DNA of 38,350 nucleotides from an uncultured Syntrophaceae bacterium (GTDB lineage Bacteria; Desulfobacterota; Syntrophia; Syntrophales; UBA4778): NCBI GenBank assembly GCA_964556675.1, contig CAZKYN010000001.1, positions 1 to 38,350 of the forward strand, read 5' to 3'. Shown piece by piece: positions 34,040 to 38,350 of this stretch (position 1 is its first letter; each line of letters starts with the position of its first letter). The notes under the pieces were generated by a model. It saw only the letters and a program-made list of their open reading frames with translations, ran no database searches and was not told where the DNA came from. The position numbers and the translations under genes were made by a program.

Positions 34040-34870
34040 ATGAAGCACGTTAACGAAGCTGAAAAAATTGAAAAAGAAGACCCCATCCTGAAGCGGATGG
34101 AACAAATTAAGCATAAGATTATTGTCATGAGCGGCAAAGGCGGCGTGGGGAAAACATCGATTGCCGTAAACCTCGCCTATGGTTTGGCGATGTCGGGTAG
34201 GAAAGTCGGACTCCTGGACACAGATTTCCATGGGCCTAATATAGCCAAGATGCTGGGCCTGGAAAAATCAATGTTGTCAGGATCACCTGAAGGTATTGAG
34301 CCTGTTAAGGTTACCCCCAATCTGGAGGCGGTGAGCGTGGCGTTTATGGGCGGCAACCCGGACCAGCCCATAGTCTGGCGGGGGCCGCTGAAAATGGCGG
34401 CTGTAAAACAGCTCATTGGAGATGTCAACTGGGGAGCGCTCGATTACCTTGTGATCGATTCTCCTCCCGGGACAGGGGACGAGCCGCTGAGCGTTTGCCA
34501 ACTTATACCTGGCCTGGACGGGGCAATTATCGTGACCACCCCGCAGGATATGTCGGTGCTTGATGCCCGCAAAACGGTGCTCTTTTCCAAACAGCTTAAT
34601 ATACCGGTGATCGGGATTGTGGAGAATATGAGCGGTTTCGTCTGCCCGCACTGCGGAGAGGAAACGCAGATCTTCAAAACAGGCGGGGGTGAAAAGGCTG
34701 CAAAAGACCTGCACGTTCCTTTTCTGGGGAGAATACCTTTCGAACCTGAGCTTGTCGAGCTGGCGGACAGAGGAGAACCTTTCATATCCGGGAAAAAGGA
34801 TTCGGCCTCACTCCGGGCATTTCGCAAGATCCAGGGGGCCGTAGAGGAATTCGTTAAAGAAAAATCTTGA
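34040..34870 (+). CDS. Mrp/NBP35-family P-loop ATPase (Fe-S cluster carrier, ApbC-like)
   Basis: A deviant Walker A (SGKGGVGKTS) and the CPHCG cluster-bridging motif are present in a 276-aa ORF. Confidence 0.9.
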   Translation: MKHVNEAEKIEKEDPILKRMEQIKHKIIVMSGKGGVGKTSIAVNLAYGLAMSGRKVGLLDTDFHGPNIAKMLGLEKSMLSGSPEGIEPVKVTPNLEAVSVAFMGGNPDQPIVWRGPLKMAAVKQLIGDVNWGALDYLVIDSPPGTGDEPLSVCQLIPGLDGAIIVTTPQDMSVLDARKTVLFSKQLNIPVIGIVENMSGFVCPHCGEETQIFKTGGGEKAAKDLHVPFLGRIPFEPELVELADRGEPFISGKKDSASLRAFRKIQGAVEEFVKEKS

Positions 34871-34944
34871 GCATGCCGGTCTGAAAAAGCAAGATTATGA
34901 ATACAAGGGCCTCGAGCAACAGATCGCTCAAAAGGTGATTGGAA

Positions 34945-35106
34945 ATGGGCCGGCCGGAAAGTGTAAAGGTTGCATTCCAGTCCGTACTGCTGAACATGGC
35001 GGTAGTCGCCGTGAAGGGCGCCTTGGCCCATATCACGGGGAGCGCCAGCTTGCCCAATATATCGAAAACAAAGGCGTCGATGTGGTCTTCTCCGGTGAAT
35101 CCCTGA
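34945..35106 (+). pseudogene. possible remnant of a cation diffusion facilitator (CDF) transporter gene
   Basis: A 53-codon ORF, too short for the track, reads MGRPESVKVAFQSVLLNMAVVAVKGALAHITGSASL.... This resembles CDF TM1-TM2 (…K..A...TGS.S.LA). The expected continuation (LAQYIENKGVDVVFSG) appears in another frame. The assignment is tentative. Confidence 0.3.
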
Positions 35107-35259
35107 AAGGAAATTGTCCGGCATACGTGTTTGAACATGCCGAAGTCGATCTGAGATTTACGGGGAAGCAAAAGCTGGGCGGACATAATTGCCGAGCTGC
35201 CGAATTGACGCGCTCTATAGACCAACTGATATGTTTGATTGGAAAGAAAGGAGGGCAGC

Positions 35260-36153
35260 ATGAACAGAACAAAAAATATCGGTATTTTCTTTTTAGCGCT
35301 CTTCTTCCTATGGCCCGCCGGCATCTGGGCCAAAGCTGTAGATCCAATTGTATCCACAGAATGGCTTGCAAAAAATCTGTCCAACCCCAAATTAGTCATC
35401 CTGGATATCCGTAAAGTCGAGGAGTACCGGCAGGGCCATATACCGGGCGCGGTAAGCGCCTACTACAGGACATGGGCATACAGCAGGCAGGGCAAGCGCG
35501 AGGAGGTGCCCCAGCAGGATGACCTGTTTGAAGCCATTGGCGATACCGGGATAAAACCGGATTCGCTTGTGGTTATCGTATGCAGCTCGTCATATTGCTA
35601 TTATGACGTGGAAGCAGCGAGGGTTGCATGTACCCTGAAGTACGCGGGCCTGGAAAATGTCGGGATTCTCGACGGCGGTTTCGAGGAGTGGGCAAGGCGG
35701 AAAAAACCAGTGTCCAGGGATTTTGTGAAACCTCAAAAGACGACGTACAAAGGCGCCCTGAACAAGAGCATGCTGGCGGACAGCTCATACGTCAAAGAGA
35801 ACCTCGGCAAGGCGGTATTCGTTGATGTCAGGGAGGCATTTCTCTTCAGGGGCGAAAAGAAACAAGAATTTGTCGGAAAGGCCGGCCATATCCCCGGCTC
35901 TGTAAACCTTCCCATCACCGAGGCGTTCACCGAAACAGGCTTGTTTAAACCCGTAAAGGAACTCAACGACTTGGCAGTGAAAGCCGTGGGAAGCGACAAG
36001 GCTAAGCCGATAGTGACTTATTGCGACACCGGAAGGTGCTGCCCAACCTGGGCTTTTATATTAAAAGAGGTCCTCGGTTATGAAAACGTAAGGGTGTACG
36101 ACGGAGGTACCGAGGAATGGGCCCGTGAACCCGGAGCGCCAATGACGCGCTGA
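35260..36153 (+). CDS. secreted tandem-rhodanese sulfurtransferase
   Basis: The ATG at 35260 follows GGAGGG. A signal peptide (…GIWA-KA) is followed by two rhodanese repeats (LVILDIRKVEEYRQGHIPGAV). The catalytic loop YCDTGRCC is in the second repeat. Confidence 0.85.
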   Translation: MNRTKNIGIFFLALFFLWPAGIWAKAVDPIVSTEWLAKNLSNPKLVILDIRKVEEYRQGHIPGAVSAYYRTWAYSRQGKREEVPQQDDLFEAIGDTGIKPDSLVVIVCSSSYCYYDVEAARVACTLKYAGLENVGILDGGFEEWARRKKPVSRDFVKPQKTTYKGALNKSMLADSSYVKENLGKAVFVDVREAFLFRGEKKQEFVGKAGHIPGSVNLPITEAFTETGLFKPVKELNDLAVKAVGSDKAKPIVTYCDTGRCCPTWAFILKEVLGYENVRVYDGGTEEWAREPGAPMTR

Positions 36154-36190
36154 GCAGGTTGATAATTCCCTCCCAGGCTGCTTGGCGGAA

Positions 36191-36228
36191 GAAAAGGGCC
36201 GTGTGCGGAAGTGAGCATGGCCCTTTTC
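36191..36228 (+). terminator. hairpin terminator of the plus-strand rhodanese gene
   Basis: GAAAAGGGCC (36191-36200) and GGCCCTTTTC (36219-36228) form a perfect 10-bp stem followed by ATTTATT. Confidence 0.55.
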
Positions 36229-36259
36229 ATTTATTAATCTTACCCGACCGGACTTGCAG

Positions 36260-36299
36260 AAAAAAAACTCCGGCCCTGAACCAGTATCAGCAGCCGGAG
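36260..36299 (-). terminator. Rho-independent terminator of the minus-strand rhodanese gene
   Basis: On the minus strand, CTCCGGC-18 nt-GCCGGAG is followed by TTTTTTTT, 25 nt after the stop. Confidence 0.65.
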
Positions 36300-36323
36300 C
36301 TTTTCGAGTAACTTCAGGCTCGC

Positions 36324-37226
36324 TTATTTTGAGGCTTCGACCGGGGCATTCGGATCTTTTGCCCACTCCATCATGGAACCGTCATAGCTCTTGACATTCT
36401 TGTACCCGAGTACCTGGGTCAACATGTACCACCATGTTGAACAGACTTTCCCCGTGTCGCAATAGGCTATGATCTCCCGGGAGAGGTCCTTGCCGACCAC
36501 CGGCTCGGCCGCAGCCGCAAGTCCGGCCTTGTCCTTATACGTGCCGTCGGGCTGATAAACCAGCGAGGTCGGGAGGTTCACCGCACCCTTGATGTGGCCC
36601 ATTTTTGCTACGAATTCGACTTTCTTCTTGCCCGCATAAAATTCAGGTTCGCGGACATCAACGATCAGCGTTTTGCCGAGGCTTTTCATCACATAATCCT
36701 TATTGACCAGCATTTCGGGATTGAACTTTCCGTTATATTGGCTGGGTTTGTTCTTCCCCGGCTCGGAAGTGACCGGCTTTTTTTCGGCAACCCATTTGTT
36801 GATGGCCCCATTGAGCATCGATATGTTCTGTACTCCCGCATACTTAATTGTCCAGGCGACCCTGGCGATATCGGCCCTGTCGGAGGGAGTGTCAATTTTC
36901 CCGATTACAACGACCGTGCTGTCGGGCGTGATCCCGGCCGCACCCAGGGCGTCGCGCAAGTCATCTTCAGGCGGCAATTCATTAAGCAGGTCGCCTTTTT
37001 TTACCGCCCAGGTATTGTAGACCGAGCTGATGGAGTTCGGTATGTGCCCCGCTTTGTATTCCTCTACCTTTCTTATATCGACTATAACCTGGTTGGGCGC
37101 ATTGAGGTTCTGCTGCAGCCAATCCGTAGATACTATGGGCTCTGCTGCTGCCGCCGGCGCCGCAAGAGGAACAGCCAAAACCAGAAAGAGGGTTGGTATC
37201 AGGCACTTCAGATTCAATTTTTTCAT
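36324..37226 (-). CDS. secreted tandem-rhodanese sulfurtransferase (paralogue)
   Basis: AAGGAGG Shine-Dalgarno and a signal peptide (…AAAA-EP) are present. The architecture matches 35260..36153, with catalytic loop YCDTGKVC. Confidence 0.85.
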   Translation of the reverse strand: MKKLNLKCLIPTLFLVLAVPLAAPAAAAEPIVSTDWLQQNLNAPNQVIVDIRKVEEYKAGHIPNSISSVYNTWAVKKGDLLNELPPEDDLRDALGAAGITPDSTVVVIGKIDTPSDRADIARVAWTIKYAGVQNISMLNGAINKWVAEKKPVTSEPGKNKPSQYNGKFNPEMLVNKDYVMKSLGKTLIVDVREPEFYAGKKKVEFVAKMGHIKGAVNLPTSLVYQPDGTYKDKAGLAAAAEPVVGKDLSREIIAYCDTGKVCSTWWYMLTQVLGYKNVKSYDGSMMEWAKDPNAPVEASK

Positions 37227-37277
37227 TTTCAGCCTCCTTCTCCATTTATGATTTTATCAGTTTTTATTGAGTAATCA

Positions 37278-37730
37278 TCATCTGCCGCCGCGCCTGCTCC
37301 AGGCCGGGGCGCCGGTTTCATCTCTCAATTTCAGAGTCTGGTCGCCTTTTTTCACTTCCGAGGCGATAATCGCGGGCTTCTTATTAAATGTGACCCGTGA
37401 GCCGGTGACCTGGACCTTGTCGCCGGGCTCGAATTTCACTCCCTGCTTATCGATATACCAGGAAGGACCAAGGTGGACAGGGATCGATCCCTTATCCGTT
37501 TTCAGGGTCATGTGAACCCCCTGGCTCATGCCTTTACGCGGCGTGAACAGTTCTATTTTCTCTACCTCGCCGCTCAGGTTCTCAATTGTCTTCGGATTAT
37601 ACATCCTGTTGTAGCTTGTTCCGGGCCCCCAACCCCCGCCACCCTTGCCGCCCTGCGCCAAGGATTCGCCGGCCGGGAAGATTAAAAAAACGATCAGCAT
37701 GGCTATTAAAACGACAACAGATTTCTTCAT
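37278..37730 (-). CDS. secreted small beta-rich protein, paralogue of 31366..31788
   Basis: AGGAGG Shine-Dalgarno and a signal peptide are present, followed by a Gly-rich segment (GGKGGGGWGPG) and the shared domain pattern described for 31366..31788. Confidence 0.6.
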   Translation of the reverse strand: MKKSVVVLIAMLIVFLIFPAGESLAQGGKGGGGWGPGTSYNRMYNPKTIENLSGEVEKIELFTPRKGMSQGVHMTLKTDKGSIPVHLGPSWYIDKQGVKFEPGDKVQVTGSRVTFNKKPAIIASEVKKGDQTLKLRDETGAPAWSRRGGR

Positions 37731-37958
37731 AACCTTTCCTCCTTTCTTTTTTTAAAAATGTTAGTAGGCCCTGAGAAGATGGACAATAAGGAAAATCCTT
37801 ACTGGTATAAAAAGGATTCAGGATCGGACAGGCCTTATCGCTATGCTCGATTTGAGACTTGCGCACCTGATGAAATTGTAAGAGGTGAAGAGGTTATTTG
37901 TACCGCAAGGGCGTAATGAAGTCGCCCCATTCTCCGGTGATTGAAGATTCGTAAACTG

Positions 37959-38350
37959 CTATAATTTCCTTAAAAGGTTCTGGGCGGCTATATGGATTGG
38001 GTCCCAGGCGCCTCCGAAAAGCGGGGAATATCCGAGGTCCAGGTAACCGATCTCTTCCAGGCCCATGTCGTTCCAAAGCGCGACTGACAGAGTGTTGATG
38101 CGCTTTACAGCGCCATTGGCGCCGACGCACTGCGCTCCCAGGAGCCTTCCCGTCGACTTGTCGGCAGTCATATTAATGCCGATTTTCTCGCCCTGCGAAA
38201 AGGACCGTCCGATCGGCAGTCCCCACATGAAAAGGCTGACGGGGGCAAAACCGCTCTTAACAGCTTCCGCCTCGGTGAGGCCGGCGGCAGCCACCTCGAG
38301 CCCGAAAAGCTTAAAAGACTGAGCGCCGACAACTCCGGGGAAAATACCCG
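37959..38350 (-). CDS. FAD-dependent pyridine nucleotide-disulfide oxidoreductase, C-terminal dimerisation domain (CoA-disulfide reductase/NADH oxidase-like); N-terminus off the right edge
   Basis: The track ORF 37959..38294 stays open in frame to 38350 (…GIFPGVVGAQSFKLFGLEVAAAGLTEAEA...). KSTGRLLGAQCVGANGAVKRINTLSVALWNDM is typical of the Pyr_redox_dim domain in this family. Confidence 0.7.
   Translation of the reverse strand, partial: GIFPGVVGAQSFKLFGLEVAAAGLTEAEAVKSGFAPVSLFMWGLPIGRSFSQGEKIGINMTADKSTGRLLGAQCVGANGAVKRINTLSVALWNDMGLEEIGYLDLGYSPLFGGAWDPIHIAAQNLLRKL

Noticed and set aside
34854-35414. ORFs 34854..35399 (minus) and 34935..35414 (plus).
   Set aside because: They overlap each other and the start of the rhodanese gene. 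The compositions look random, and the only protein-like signal in the gap is the short CDF-like fragment in a different frame.

Overview
This 38.35-kb bacterial chromosomal window is mostly G+C-rich. Its gene content suggests an anaerobic Desulfobacterota/Syntrophia-like organism: sigma-54 regulators, DUF134/NifX-like/Mrp genes, an HdrD-like CCG protein and many lipoproteins. That taxonomic guess is inference only. I recognised no rRNA, tRNA, CRISPR array, integrase or transposase.

Gene layout, left to right:
1. 1-5935 (minus strand): an acyl-CoA/acyl-phosphate cluster of DUF3141 alpha/beta-hydrolase, fused MaoC-dehydratase/phosphotransacylase, GNAT, cytidylate-kinase-like protein and acetate kinase (truncated at the window edge).
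2. 6052-10615 (minus): an Mla/MCE-type lipid-transport operon of DUF3313-like lipoprotein, STAS-fused MlaE, MlaF, MlaD and a PqiC-like lipoprotein.
3. 11313-12830 (plus): a PAS/sigma-54 activator interrupted by one in-frame TAG, followed by an ABM-fold protein and an AI-2E transporter.
4. 14781-20864 (plus): a tripartite RND efflux operon (adaptor, permease, NodT-type outer membrane factor).
5. 20947-24100: decayed gene remnants and a group of envelope lipoprotein/OMP genes.
6. 24421-29989: the most unusual part. A 5.45-kb cassette lies between perfect 116-bp direct repeats that copy the 3' end of the adjacent PAS-LuxR regulator gene. The cassette encodes secreted Zn-phospholipase-C-like proteins, small carboxypeptidase-regulatory-like partners and a PKD lipoprotein. 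It also has an internal 411-bp perfect repeat and abrupt G+C mosaicism.
7. 31366-38350: an Fe-S/sulfur-trafficking neighbourhood of an HdrD-like protein, a DUF134-NifX-like-Mrp operon with a palindromic operator, two convergent secreted tandem rhodaneses, two secreted paralogous small proteins and a CoA-disulfide-reductase-like gene (truncated at the edge).

Several palindromic intergenic repeat elements interrupt operons. All family assignments come from reading the translations and recognising motifs. No database search was run.
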